IMG/VR virus record: IMGVR_UViG_3300035698_035310
Span: 295,045 to 359,044 of that record
Direction: 5' to 3' (one strand)
DNA: 64,000 nucleotides
The translations under genes and the position numbers were made by a program. The notes under the pieces were generated by a model, which had not been told where the DNA came from, did not search any database, and was given only the letters and a program-made list of their open reading frames with translations. Within the stretch, counting starts at the first letter, position 1; each line of letters begins with the position of its first letter. Positions 19,280 to 28,787 of this stretch are shown piece by piece.

Positions 19280-19510
19280 ATGAGAGCACATGAATTTATA
19301 GTAGAAGAAGATGATGATTTAGACGAAGGAAATGCCGAAAATGCCAAAGCACTGGTTGGCTCCGGTAAAGCAGATTCTAATGGTAAAAAAACAAATTCAG
19401 ATTCCGCAGATCATAAAGCAGTTCGAACTCCTGGAACTGGTCCTGAATCAAGAACAAAATCCAACAATGGAGCACCTCCCGGTGCAAATCCCGGTTTTAC
19501 CGGTGGTTAA
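19280..19510 (+). CDS. Small low-complexity protein
   Basis: MRAHEFIVE N-terminus shared with the upstream gene. Confidence 0.7.
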   Translation: MRAHEFIVEEDDDLDEGNAENAKALVGSGKADSNGKKTNSDSADHKAVRTPGTGPESRTKSNNGAPPGANPGFTGG

Positions 19511-19579
19511 TATATTGACATCAATATAACATATACGATACACTACATATAATAAAAATAAACAATATGGAGTAGATAT

Positions 19580-20755
19580 ATGCCCGTTCGCGATCAAGAA
19601 GCACTCGATTTATTAACCACTGCTAGAATATCATTACTGATTAAGCAGCCATTTTTTGGCATCTTAGGAATGAATTTAGAATTAGTTGAAGCAAGTGTCA
19701 AAGAAGCAGAAAAGATGACTACTGCCGCCGTTGATGGTAGACATCTATGGTATAATCCAGAATTTATAAAATCGTTAACTGAAGGAGAAATAAAATTTCT
19801 TGTTGGTCATGAAATAATGCATTGTGTTTTTAAGCATATACGAAGAAGATTTGATCGCGATCCCAAAATATATAACATGGCAGCAGATTATGTCATCAAT
19901 GCGTTATTGATCAATGAAGGGTTCACTAAACCTAAAATTGGACTATATAATGAAAAGTATCTTAATTGGTTTGCTGAAGATGTATATGATGAATTAGTAG
20001 AAACTGGTGCTGAACCTAGCCCCACATTAGATCATCATCCAGGCGACCCCGGTTATCCCGGCGAGGAAGGCGAAGATGGTGAGGGAAGGTCTGATGAAGA
20101 GCAACAACGAATAGAAGATGATTGGACTGATAATCTTATTAAAGCGTCTTTGGCAGCAGGCGATGTTCCATTAGGCATACAACGATTGATCAAAGACCTT
20201 ATTGATCCAAGAATGGATTGGCGTCAATTGCTTCAAATGCATCTACAAAGTTGCATTAGAACCGATTACACATGGATGCGCCCAAATAAAAGAACCTTTG
20301 GTATGGGTATAACTATGCCATCTATGGATATGGATGACATGGTGGAAATATGTGTTGCAATTGATACATCTGGTTCTGTGTCTCAAACTATGTTACAAGA
20401 TTTCTTATCTGAAATCAAAGGCATTATGGATACTTTCAGTGGATATAAAATACACATCGCTTGTTTTGATACAGAAATTCATAATCCTGCAACGTTCGAC
20501 ACCGAAGATGATTTGATGTCATATGAATTAGCGGGTGGTGGTGGAACTGATTTCATGGCATATTGGAATTTTGCGATAGAACAAGATTGGATTGGCGATG
20601 TTCGTAAATTATTATTTTTCACCGATGGAATGCCTAATGGTGATTGGGGAATTGATAATGTTGTAGATACATTATGGATTGTTCACGGTAGCACCAACGA
20701 AGGACCATTTGGTCATACTGCATTTTACGACGATCATAAAAAGGAGCAAGTGTAA
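19580..20755 (+). CDS. vWA-domain / DUF2201-type metallopeptidase-like protein (MoxR partner)
   Basis: TAAVDG, HEIMH (HExxH), MIDAS DTSGS, GGGGTDF and FFTDG. Confidence 0.85.
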   Translation: MPVRDQEALDLLTTARISLLIKQPFFGILGMNLELVEASVKEAEKMTTAAVDGRHLWYNPEFIKSLTEGEIKFLVGHEIMHCVFKHIRRRFDRDPKIYNMAADYVINALLINEGFTKPKIGLYNEKYLNWFAEDVYDELVETGAEPSPTLDHHPGDPGYPGEEGEDGEGRSDEEQQRIEDDWTDNLIKASLAAGDVPLGIQRLIKDLIDPRMDWRQLLQMHLQSCIRTDYTWMRPNKRTFGMGITMPSMDMDDMVEICVAIDTSGSVSQTMLQDFLSEIKGIMDTFSGYKIHIACFDTEIHNPATFDTEDDLMSYELAGGGGTDFMAYWNFAIEQDWIGDVRKLLFFTDGMPNGDWGIDNVVDTLWIVHGSTNEGPFGHTAFYDDHKKEQV

Positions 20756-21033
20756 TGAGAGCTACAATAGACGACTTGAGATATAAAAATGCTGCTGCCA
20801 GAAACAGAAATGAGTTAATGAATATGATAAAATGGCGACCTAAAAAAGTAGAACTACCTACACCTACGCCTACACGAAAATTTAAATTTTTATTAGATAA
20901 CAGTCTAATGATAAGTGCTATATTTGCATGCGTTGGCATTGTGATGATGTTTGGTGCTATTTTATATACTGCGCAAAAAAATACAGAACAACTAACTGCA
21001 ATAGAACAATATATTATAAAAAACGACAGATAA
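20755..21033 (+). CDS. Small membrane protein
   Basis: Hydrophobic segment LMISAIFACVGIVMMFGAILY. Confidence 0.65.
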   Translation: MRATIDDLRYKNAAARNRNELMNMIKWRPKKVELPTPTPTRKFKFLLDNSLMISAIFACVGIVMMFGAILYTAQKNTEQLTAIEQYIIKNDR

Positions 21034-21366
21034 ATGGGAAAACGCATATCAGATAACACGTGGAGATATTTAAAGAAAAATACTCCTGATATTATTGATG
21101 GTTTACCAATAGTAACTATCAAACTTGATAGGCATAATATATTTCCAAATCACTTTTTGTTAAAATATAAACATAAATCAAAAACTAATTCCGAACGTTA
21201 TGGTGTTGAATTAGGGCCAGCGATAGATTGGTTGGATGAAAATACCAATGACGAATATTATGTAGAAATGGGTGATGACGAAGATAGATTAAAAAATATA
21301 ATAATATATTTTCACGAAGAAAGCGATGCTATGGCATTTAAATTAGTTCTAGGAGAAAAAACTTGA
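21034..21366 (+). CDS. Hypothetical protein (DAxxFKL family)
   Basis: DWLDE...YF..ESDAMAFKL. Confidence 0.7.
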   Translation: MGKRISDNTWRYLKKNTPDIIDGLPIVTIKLDRHNIFPNHFLLKYKHKSKTNSERYGVELGPAIDWLDENTNDEYYVEMGDDEDRLKNIIIYFHEESDAMAFKLVLGEKT

Positions 21367-21400
21367 CATAATACATGCGTTGTTGTATTATGTATAAATA
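21363..21400 (+). promoter_or_regulatory. Composite promoter of the NAD operon
   Basis: TTGACA-N17-TATTAT followed by TATAAATA (21393-21400). Confidence 0.65.
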
Positions 21401-21490
21401 GAAATGAAACTAGATGCAAATCAGTTTCATTATGGATTCGAAAGGGTCACAAAATTATAATCTTTAACCCATTTAACGTGAGGTGATAAA

Positions 21491-22666
21491 ATGAGCAAAT
21501 CAACTAAATCCACTTTCGTGCAAGAGCGCACAGATAAGTATTTCACAAAAACTAAAAATATTGTAGATATGTTTGGCGATAAAATCGTTACATATGCAGT
21601 ATTTCAACGTCGTGCAGTTATAGCAGCAACCAAGCTAGCGGTAGAACTGATCAAAGAACATTGTCCAGAGGCTACCGTGGTAGTTCATTACGAAGATGGC
21701 ACGCTTGTTCCACCACAATCCAAAATTATGTCTATCACTGTATCAATGAGTAAATTTGTTGAACTTGAAACATTGTGCCTACAGCGTGTTGGATTTACCC
21801 AAGTATGCGCCTACAATGCTTATAAGATGAGTATGGCACTTCCACACGTTCCATTCATGGATATGCACGGGCGACACGGGACAGGCGACGATATGATGAT
21901 TGCTGCCGCTTACGGTGCTTCCGTTGGATCGCGAACTGCGCGGATGCAGGGCGCTAAAGGTTTTGTTGGTACTTCCAACGATCTTACCGCACACTACTTC
22001 CCTATCAAACAAGGTATCGGAACTATGCCACACGCTGCTGTTGGTTACGCTGGAAGTAACATGAGGGCGATGGAAATGTTTGTTGAAGCCAATCCTGATG
22101 ACAAAAACCTTGTTTCATTGGTTGATTACTTCGGAAAAGAAACAACCGAAGCACTTGAAGTATCCAAATGGTTTTATGATAAAGAATTGGATAAAAAAGG
22201 TAAAACTTTGGGTATGCGCCTTGATACACACGGTGGTCGTTTTGCCGAGGGTCTTGATTATGAAAAATCAGTTGAGATTGTATGTAACTGGCTTAAAGTA
22301 AATCCTACCGATGAATACGCTGCTGTGCGTAAGGTTATTGGTGATGCGGTATTCGATGCTGCGGCTGATGACTATATCGACAAGGTTCGTAAAATTTTGT
22401 TTGGAACTGGTGTAAGTGCGGCAAACATTATCAATATGCGCGAACAGTTGAATAACAAAAAGTTTAACAATGTCGCAATTGTTGCAAGTTCTGGCTTTGA
22501 TTTGTTCAAGTGTACCATTATGGCACAAGTGAACGCACCAATCACCATGGTCGGAACCGGCTCATTCTTGCCTAAAACCCTAAGTGAAACATATGCAACT
22601 GCTGATATCGTTCAATATGGCGATACCCCTTCCGTTAAGGTTGGACGCGAATGGTTGCTGGATTAA
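21491..22666 (+). CDS. Nicotinate phosphoribosyltransferase-like protein (PncB/NAMPT superfamily)
   Basis: TDKYF, GTS, GTMPHA, LVDY, RLDTHG, ASSGF and GTGS type II PRTase motifs; operon with nadE, nadM-like and pncA. Confidence 0.8.
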   Translation: MSKSTKSTFVQERTDKYFTKTKNIVDMFGDKIVTYAVFQRRAVIAATKLAVELIKEHCPEATVVVHYEDGTLVPPQSKIMSITVSMSKFVELETLCLQRVGFTQVCAYNAYKMSMALPHVPFMDMHGRHGTGDDMMIAAAYGASVGSRTARMQGAKGFVGTSNDLTAHYFPIKQGIGTMPHAAVGYAGSNMRAMEMFVEANPDDKNLVSLVDYFGKETTEALEVSKWFYDKELDKKGKTLGMRLDTHGGRFAEGLDYEKSVEIVCNWLKVNPTDEYAAVRKVIGDAVFDAAADDYIDKVRKILFGTGVSAANIINMREQLNNKKFNNVAIVASSGFDLFKCTIMAQVNAPITMVGTGSFLPKTLSETYATADIVQYGDTPSVKVGREWLLD

Positions 22667-22678
22667 CGGAGTAGTAAC

Positions 22679-23047
22679 ATGAATAAATTAGGATGGCTTT
22701 TTAAAACGGTATTTGACGCTAATCGCGAACGATCCCTTAATACGATAGAAAGACGTATGGGAAAACTTAGCGAAGAACACGGTGAGTTATGGGAAGCATA
22801 TCTTAATGTAACTAGCGCCAACAATGGCAAAAATAAAACATGGCATGATGTGCGCGAAGAAGCCATCGATTCAGTCATTGTTGCGCTAGATGTTATGGCT
22901 ACACGTTTGCCCATTGATGAGGGTAAAACTGACGAAGAAATTGAAGAAGAAATCGTTGAAGTTGTTAACGTAAAAATGGAAAAATGGAAAAAGACTAAAA
23001 CTTGTAAGACTGATGCGGTATCAGAGGATGCTACAGATGCCAATTGA
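22679..23047 (+). CDS. MazG-like nucleotide pyrophosphohydrolase
   Basis: KLSEEHGEL...EEAID...K..KW. Confidence 0.75.
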   Translation: MNKLGWLFKTVFDANRERSLNTIERRMGKLSEEHGELWEAYLNVTSANNGKNKTWHDVREEAIDSVIVALDVMATRLPIDEGKTDEEIEEEIVEVVNVKMEKWKKTKTCKTDAVSEDATDAN

Positions 23048-23318
23048 AAAATATGAATTGCGTGATGGTGAAGAATACATTGATGAATATATCAATGAAG
23101 AAGGAAAGCACGTAACCATCGTTAAAGAATCGAGTGGTAATATAATTCATGGATGGGTTATGGACATCGATCCAGCAGATTATGCACTTATTGAGAAAGC
23201 CGCAGCACTGGAAGGTGTGGATATACAAGATTTTATTGACAGCGCTATAAAATCTGCTATACTGTTAGCAATAGACGAAGTTAATATGAAATCAGCAATA
23301 GAGGATATATCAGACTAA
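23037..23318 (+). CDS. Hypothetical protein (possible ribbon-helix-helix)
   Basis: GAGGA RBS before ATG 23037; DYALIEKAAALEG...DFI. Confidence 0.55.
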   Translation: MPIEKYELRDGEEYIDEYINEEGKHVTIVKESSGNIIHGWVMDIDPADYALIEKAAALEGVDIQDFIDSAIKSAILLAIDEVNMKSAIEDISD

Positions 23319-23587
23319 TGGAAGATTTTAAAGAATATACTGAAGAACAATGCTACAAAGACGAGCGCCCCGATAACGATACACGTGTTACATATTTTAA
23401 ACACAAGGGCGACAAAAAAGCATATTCAGTAACGGTAGCCGATGTTACATTGCAATTATCCGAAGAAATAGAACGTCAGGATCGTGGCACATTTAAAGAG
23501 TTCGCTGCGTTATTGCTGAATAAACATCTAACAGAAGAACGAGAAATTGAAGGAGTTAAAAGTTTCTTTGATGAAATTTCAGACTAA
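23318..23587 (+). CDS. Hypothetical protein
   Basis: TAATG coupling with the previous gene; 89 aa. Confidence 0.65.
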   Translation: MEDFKEYTEEQCYKDERPDNDTRVTYFKHKGDKKAYSVTVADVTLQLSEEIERQDRGTFKEFAALLLNKHLTEEREIEGVKSFFDEISD

Positions 23588-23609
23588 TCGATAAGGAAGG
23601 AATACAAAA

Positions 23610-24101
23610 ATGATTAAACGATTCATACATATGCTTTGCCGGTGGTTTAAAATTCACGCTTATGATTTTCCGATGGCTGGAAATACTGCAACTATGATTC
23701 TTTATAATCCCGAGAGAAAAGAGGTATTGTTGGGGTTGAGAAGTGAAGATTCTGATGCATTTCCAAATCGTTGGTCACTTCCCGGTGGATATCTTAATGT
23801 TGGTACGGAACGCATGACGAGAGTTGCATCACGTGAAACAAAAGAAGAAGTTAATCTTGATATCGATGAATGGCGGTGGAATATATTTTATCTTGATGAT
23901 GAAATCGGAACCGACCCACGATATACACAAGTCATTAATATTTGTTATGATGCAATTGTGAGCGAGGCTCATGAATATGATAACCCTGTAGCGGGAGATG
24001 ACCTACGAGACGTTGAATGGTATTCAATTGAAAATGCTTTAAAAGTTGATCTACCATTTAATCACAATACTATTTTACGAGAGTTTGTTCAACAACTCTA
24101 A
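23610..24101 (+). CDS. NUDIX hydrolase (ADP-ribose pyrophosphatase-like)
   Basis: WSLPGG...RETKEE Nudix box; DPR, AGDD and LPFNH resemble the NadM-Nudix/NrtR ADPRase domain. Confidence 0.85.
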   Translation: MIKRFIHMLCRWFKIHAYDFPMAGNTATMILYNPERKEVLLGLRSEDSDAFPNRWSLPGGYLNVGTERMTRVASRETKEEVNLDIDEWRWNIFYLDDEIGTDPRYTQVINICYDAIVSEAHEYDNPVAGDDLRDVEWYSIENALKVDLPFNHNTILREFVQQL

Positions 24102-24166
24102 AAAATAAAACCAATGCAATAATGCATTAGGTATTACATAAACTTCAATCCCAAGGAGGGTTAGAA

Positions 24167-25219
24167 ATGACAAAACCAAAAAACACAATACTTGAAATTA
24201 GTCGACAAGATCAAATGGGCGCACTATCGCCGTGGTTTGATAAACATCTTGATATTTGTATTGATGATGGATATTTCGGCAGTGAAAAACTTCTAACAGA
24301 TATAGGCAATCATATCATCGAAGATTTGATAGCATATCGCATACAAACCGGTATTAGCACAGTCATTCTTGGTATGAGTGGTGGCGTCGATAGCGCATTA
24401 ACCGCCGCATTATTTAAAAGAGCAGGGTGGAAAGTGATTGGGGTTACAATGCCCATACATCAAGACCCTGAAGAAACAACACGTGGCGTTGATGCATGTG
24501 AAGCACTAGGCATCGAACATAAACATATCGATTTAACCTCGCTGTATAACGATGCCACTACTTCATTGGGTGATTTGGATGGTTTATTAGACGATGCGAA
24601 CGAAACAAATAAAGCAGTTCTTATTCGCCGTGGCAACGTTAAAGCACGGTTGCGTATGATTACATTATACAACCTTGCTGCAATGCATGGTGGTTTGGTT
24701 GCAAGCACTGATAACTATTCCGAACTAGCCGCTGGCTTCTGGACATTGCATGGCGACGTGGGTGATTTAAGCCCCATACAAAGCCTTACTAAGTCTTGGG
24801 AAGTGCCAATGCTTGCAAAACTATTCGGCGTTCCTGAAGAAACGTGGCGTGCAAAACCAACCGATGGATTGGGGGTTGATGCTGGTGATGAAGCACAATT
24901 CGGATTCACTTATCTTGAACTCGACCTTATGCTGTTAGCGATTGGTGATTTTTCTGCTGATGGATATAAAGACGATGAAATGCAAGAATTGGGTGGTGTC
25001 AATCGTGAAAATTTATTCAAAGTTATGGACGGTGATATCGATAAAGATGGACGCGCCACAACCGTGTTTAATAAATTATTGGATAGAATGGGAAGTTCGT
25101 GGTTTAAGCGTCACGGAACTGTTAATATAAAGCACCCATATGATAGCAGCCGTTATAATAGATTGGAACGCGTCGATTATGATCAATTTGTTCCACAAGT
25201 TATAAAAAGGAGCAACTGA
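24167..25219 (+). CDS. nadE: NH3-dependent NAD+ synthetase
   Basis: GMSGGVDS, GNVKARLRM, T.HGD..D and KPTDGL...DE; no glutaminase domain. Confidence 0.9.
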   Translation: MTKPKNTILEISRQDQMGALSPWFDKHLDICIDDGYFGSEKLLTDIGNHIIEDLIAYRIQTGISTVILGMSGGVDSALTAALFKRAGWKVIGVTMPIHQDPEETTRGVDACEALGIEHKHIDLTSLYNDATTSLGDLDGLLDDANETNKAVLIRRGNVKARLRMITLYNLAAMHGGLVASTDNYSELAAGFWTLHGDVGDLSPIQSLTKSWEVPMLAKLFGVPEETWRAKPTDGLGVDAGDEAQFGFTYLELDLMLLAIGDFSADGYKDDEMQELGGVNRENLFKVMDGDIDKDGRATTVFNKLLDRMGSSWFKRHGTVNIKHPYDSSRYNRLERVDYDQFVPQVIKRSN

Positions 25220-25220
25220 T

Positions 25221-26171
25221 ATGTCCCAATGGAAAAATATTAAATGTATCGAAAGTGCCGAAGGTAATGTAAGCAAGTTCGTATACACAAATGATACCGC
25301 AGTAGCAGAATCAGTTTTATACAAATATCCTGATTACAAATCACGGACAGTTATTTGTTGCTCAACAATGAGTGGATGTCCAGTTGGATGCCGCTTCTGT
25401 GGTGCTGGCGACTATTTCGTAAAATCACTTTCCGGTGAAGAAATCATTTCACAGGTTAAGTATTCCATCGATCAAACTGGTGTCGATCCTGCTACAATGG
25501 GTAGATTGCAAATCATGTTTATGTCTATGGGTGAGCCACTTCTTAATAAGAATGGTCTATCTGAAGCATTGAAGAAATTATATTTCATGTACCCAAATGC
25601 TGCATTGCTTATTTCCAGCATTGGACCAGATGTTGATTATGAATGGTTGATGGAACTAAGTGAACGTATCCCCACTATTGGATTACAGTTTTCCGTTCAT
25701 GAAGCAACCGATGAACGCCGTGACGCACTTATTCCATTCAAGAAAAAATTAACATTGGATGGTATTACGAAAGTTGGCGCTGAATGGAATAAACGAACCG
25801 GACGTAAACCGTATTTCAATTACTGTGCGGGTGATGAAAACTCATCTAGTGGCGATGCATTTAAAATGCGCAAACTGTTTGATCCAACCATTTGGAATGC
25901 GACAATAAGTGTTATATGTGAGCGAAATGAAGGTCTTCCAGCACGCAACGAACATCAACGCGAGTTGGCTTGTGATTTTTCTAGCAAATTACTTGAACTT
26001 GGTTTTGACGTCAGAGTTTTTGATCCAGCCGGTCAAGACGACACTGGCTCAGGCTGTGGTCAATTATGGTTTGTTCAGCGATGGATGGTAGACAATCCAG
26101 AGAAATCTAAACCAAGCATAGGTCATGGCATGGATAAAATACACGTGCCTACATTGGAGGTGGCATCATGA
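25221..26171 (+). CDS. RlmN/Cfr-like radical SAM methyltransferase (short form)
   Basis: ICCSTMSGCPVGCRFC, MSMGEP, SVH and terminal GCGQL; both RlmN-type catalytic Cys equivalents are present. Confidence 0.8.
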   Translation: MSQWKNIKCIESAEGNVSKFVYTNDTAVAESVLYKYPDYKSRTVICCSTMSGCPVGCRFCGAGDYFVKSLSGEEIISQVKYSIDQTGVDPATMGRLQIMFMSMGEPLLNKNGLSEALKKLYFMYPNAALLISSIGPDVDYEWLMELSERIPTIGLQFSVHEATDERRDALIPFKKKLTLDGITKVGAEWNKRTGRKPYFNYCAGDENSSSGDAFKMRKLFDPTIWNATISVICERNEGLPARNEHQRELACDFSSKLLELGFDVRVFDPAGQDDTGSGCGQLWFVQRWMVDNPEKSKPSIGHGMDKIHVPTLEVAS

Positions 26172-26845
26172 GCATACACAGAGTAGGGCTATCAGTAATG
26201 CGTGCACAACCATTTCACAAAGGGCATGAAGCAATCATTAACACGATGATATCTGAATGCGAAACTGTGGTTGTGTGTTTAGGTAGTGCGCAAAAATCAA
26301 GAGAAAAACATGATCCATGGACAATTGAAGAACGCATCGATATGATTCAACGTGTATATGGTGCATATAACAATAAAGGTGAATTTCTTGGTAGTAGAGT
26401 TAAAATCATTCCGTTGACTGATATTGGGGCTGCTACTCCACAAAAGTGGGTTAGTTATATTGTTGAAAAGATTGAGAAACTCGGTCTTCCTGAACCGACT
26501 GATTATTTTACTGGTTCAGAGTTTGACGCTGCATGGTTTAGAGATCATTTTGCCGCCGATTGGCGTGCATTAGAAGGACATTATTATAATCAATCTAAAG
26601 AGAAAGTAAATGGACAACCATCTGTTGAAGGCAATTCATATGAACGATATGTGGGTGAAAATGGAATATTTAGACGTTTACATAACATCCAACGACAAGA
26701 AAACAGAATTCCATCTGCTACGGAATTGCGTGGATTTATGGAATTGCGGTTGAATGATTGGAAAGAATGGATTGCAACTGTAAATCATGAAACACTTGAT
26801 GAAACATATCCAGACGAATTTAAAGTTCCAATGGATAACGAATAG
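26168..26845 (+). CDS. NadM-like nicotinamide/nicotinate mononucleotide adenylyltransferase
   Basis: RAQPFHKGH (HxGH), GSAQ...DPWT..ER and SATELR. Confidence 0.85.
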   Translation: MSIHRVGLSVMRAQPFHKGHEAIINTMISECETVVVCLGSAQKSREKHDPWTIEERIDMIQRVYGAYNNKGEFLGSRVKIIPLTDIGAATPQKWVSYIVEKIEKLGLPEPTDYFTGSEFDAAWFRDHFAADWRALEGHYYNQSKEKVNGQPSVEGNSYERYVGENGIFRRLHNIQRQENRIPSATELRGFMELRLNDWKEWIATVNHETLDETYPDEFKVPMDNE

Positions 26846-26847
26846 AG

Positions 26848-26876
26848 TTGACAATCTCTTAAAAATGTTATAATAT
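26848..26876 (+). promoter_or_regulatory. Sigma70-like promoter of pncA
   Basis: TTGACA-N17-TAATAT (TATAAT at 26869). Confidence 0.6.
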
Positions 26877-26933
26877 AAACATAGCGTTACCATTAAGGAA
26901 TGCTAATCATACTACCAATTGGAGGAGTATAAA

Positions 26934-27599
26934 ATGAGAAAATTTGAACAAGGAAATTTTAAACTTGCAGTAATCGTAGACGCACAAGAGGATTTTGTGT
27001 TGTCGACAGGTGCATTGCCCGTTCCGGGTGCAGAGGCATTGATTCCAGATATGGAAGAATACCTTAAAAATATAACATTGGAAAATGGATATGTAGGTGC
27101 GCTGTTTACCGCAGACACGCATAATGAAAAAGATTATCCTGAATCCAAAGAAGCCAAAGGCGATCCTGATGCCGTTGAACCAATTCCAGGTTTTCCACCA
27201 CATTGCATGCAAGGAACTGATGGTTTTAAATTTGCCATTAACCCTGCTAACGTAGCAATGGATAATAATGTTGGGCGTTTTATTCTCAACAAAGGCGTAT
27301 TTAATATGTGGGAAGAAGATAACATCGTTGTTCGACCTTTGGTGTTGGATGGTGAGCCGGTTTCTTATGGCGGTGCACAAGACCGAAATGAATTCTTCGA
27401 AACACTAAAATCAAATGGAATCGAAGACGTTGAAATCGTTGGATTTGCTGCTGATTACTGTGTTATGTGGGCAATTGCTGGATTTGTTGCACGCGGATTC
27501 AATGTTACACTTTATGATAATCTTACTGCTGGTATCGCAAAAGATATTCATGCAGTGGTGGAAACAGAATTTTCTAAAGAGAACGTACAAGTTCTTTAA
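26934..27599 (+). CDS. pncA: Nicotinamidase / pyrazinamidase
   Basis: GGAGGAG RBS; VDAQEDF, DTH, PPHC..GT.G, KG and GFAADYCV catalytic motifs. Confidence 0.9.
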   Translation: MRKFEQGNFKLAVIVDAQEDFVLSTGALPVPGAEALIPDMEEYLKNITLENGYVGALFTADTHNEKDYPESKEAKGDPDAVEPIPGFPPHCMQGTDGFKFAINPANVAMDNNVGRFILNKGVFNMWEEDNIVVRPLVLDGEPVSYGGAQDRNEFFETLKSNGIEDVEIVGFAADYCVMWAIAGFVARGFNVTLYDNLTAGIAKDIHAVVETEFSKENVQVL

Positions 27600-27613
27600 A
27601 GAAAATATTGAAA

Positions 27614-27641
27614 CAGTGGAGGGAATTATACCCCTCCACTG
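27614..27641 (+). terminator. GC-rich hairpin after pncA (no U tract)
   Basis: CAGTGGAGGG-N8-CCCTCCACTG. Confidence 0.5.
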
Positions 27642-27644
27642 CTC

Positions 27645-27974
27645 ATGTCTAATATAAAGGATATAATGATGCGATATTATCATAGCAATATATATAAAAG
27701 CAAAAATTGGTTGGAAACAGATGCGACTGATCCAAAAAAAGTAATAGAAGATTATTACTATGATCGTTGTGAAGTTCCAGATGCTGATGTGTGCGGCGAT
27801 GCTACCGTCCATTTCGTTTTTTTTATTAATGGTGTAAACGTATATTATGTGTTATCATATTCATGGTATATTGATTACGAACCAGAATGGTGCATAAATA
27901 ATGATCATTATGTTGAAGAAGTAAGTGAACCAACATACAAATTTCCTGGCGATAGGGATTGGATCAATGTTTGA
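27645..27974 (+). CDS. Hypothetical protein
   Basis: 109-aa ORF, co-oriented with neighbours. Confidence 0.55.
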   Translation: MSNIKDIMMRYYHSNIYKSKNWLETDATDPKKVIEDYYYDRCEVPDADVCGDATVHFVFFINGVNVYYVLSYSWYIDYEPEWCINNDHYVEEVSEPTYKFPGDRDWINV

Positions 27975-28344
27975 TATTTTACATATTCAAAAATGGGTAT
28001 ATCATATTGCGTTGAGACTTTATGGATGGAAATCCATTGATACTGCGCCAACAGACGGAACCAGTGTTATAATTCTCGAAAATATGCAATTAGAATATTG
28101 GAATGTTTTCGAAGCGCAATATATTAATGAAGAGCCATTACCTGGATGGAGAGGGGTATATGTAGCAAAATATGTTGGCGCAGATGAAACTAAACCACAT
28201 TATGTATCAAAAACTCTCGTCACAATTCCTGAATATTGGAAACCGATGCCAAAATCACCACGGTTTTATAAATTATGGTGTTTCGCATGCAATGATATTC
28301 AAGTAAAAATAGAGGAAGAAGAAGAAAAATGCCAACATACTTAG
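27967..28344 (+). CDS. Hypothetical protein (WxxIxTAPxDG / DUF551-like)
   Basis: WKSIDTAPTDGT...YWKPMPK; likely start ATG 27967. Confidence 0.65.
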   Translation: MFDILHIQKWVYHIALRLYGWKSIDTAPTDGTSVIILENMQLEYWNVFEAQYINEEPLPGWRGVYVAKYVGADETKPHYVSKTLVTIPEYWKPMPKSPRFYKLWCFACNDIQVKIEEEEEKCQHT

Positions 28345-28787
28345 AAGCAATAAACACAGATAATTTTATTTTAACAGGAAATAGAAGAACTATATTTTTA
28401 GCTGGTGGCATCACTGGATGCGTAGATTGGCAAAAAGTATCTAAAGATGCACTAATGGCATCAAACAAATATAAAATAATTTGCAATCCACGCCGTGCAG
28501 ATTTTGACGTAACTGATCCAACTGCATCTGAAAAACAAATTAAATGGGAAGCTGATCATTTAAAAATATGCACAGATATATTGTTTTGGTTTTCTAGTGA
28601 AACCATCCAACCAATTGCATTATTTGAATTGGGGAAATACCTCAATGAAAAAGATAATATTTTTGTTGGCTGCGATCCAGATTATTCAAGAAAATTTGAT
28701 GTTATTACACAGGTTGGTATATATAGACCAGACATCAAAGTGTGGGATAATTTAGATGATATGATGGAACATATTGTTTCATCATGA
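28329..28787 (+). CDS. Nucleoside 2-deoxyribosyltransferase-like protein
   Basis: IFLAGGI...DWQ, NPRR, QIKWE and PIALFELG. Confidence 0.8.
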   Translation: MPTYLEAINTDNFILTGNRRTIFLAGGITGCVDWQKVSKDALMASNKYKIICNPRRADFDVTDPTASEKQIKWEADHLKICTDILFWFSSETIQPIALFELGKYLNEKDNIFVGCDPDYSRKFDVITQVGIYRPDIKVWDNLDDMMEHIVSS

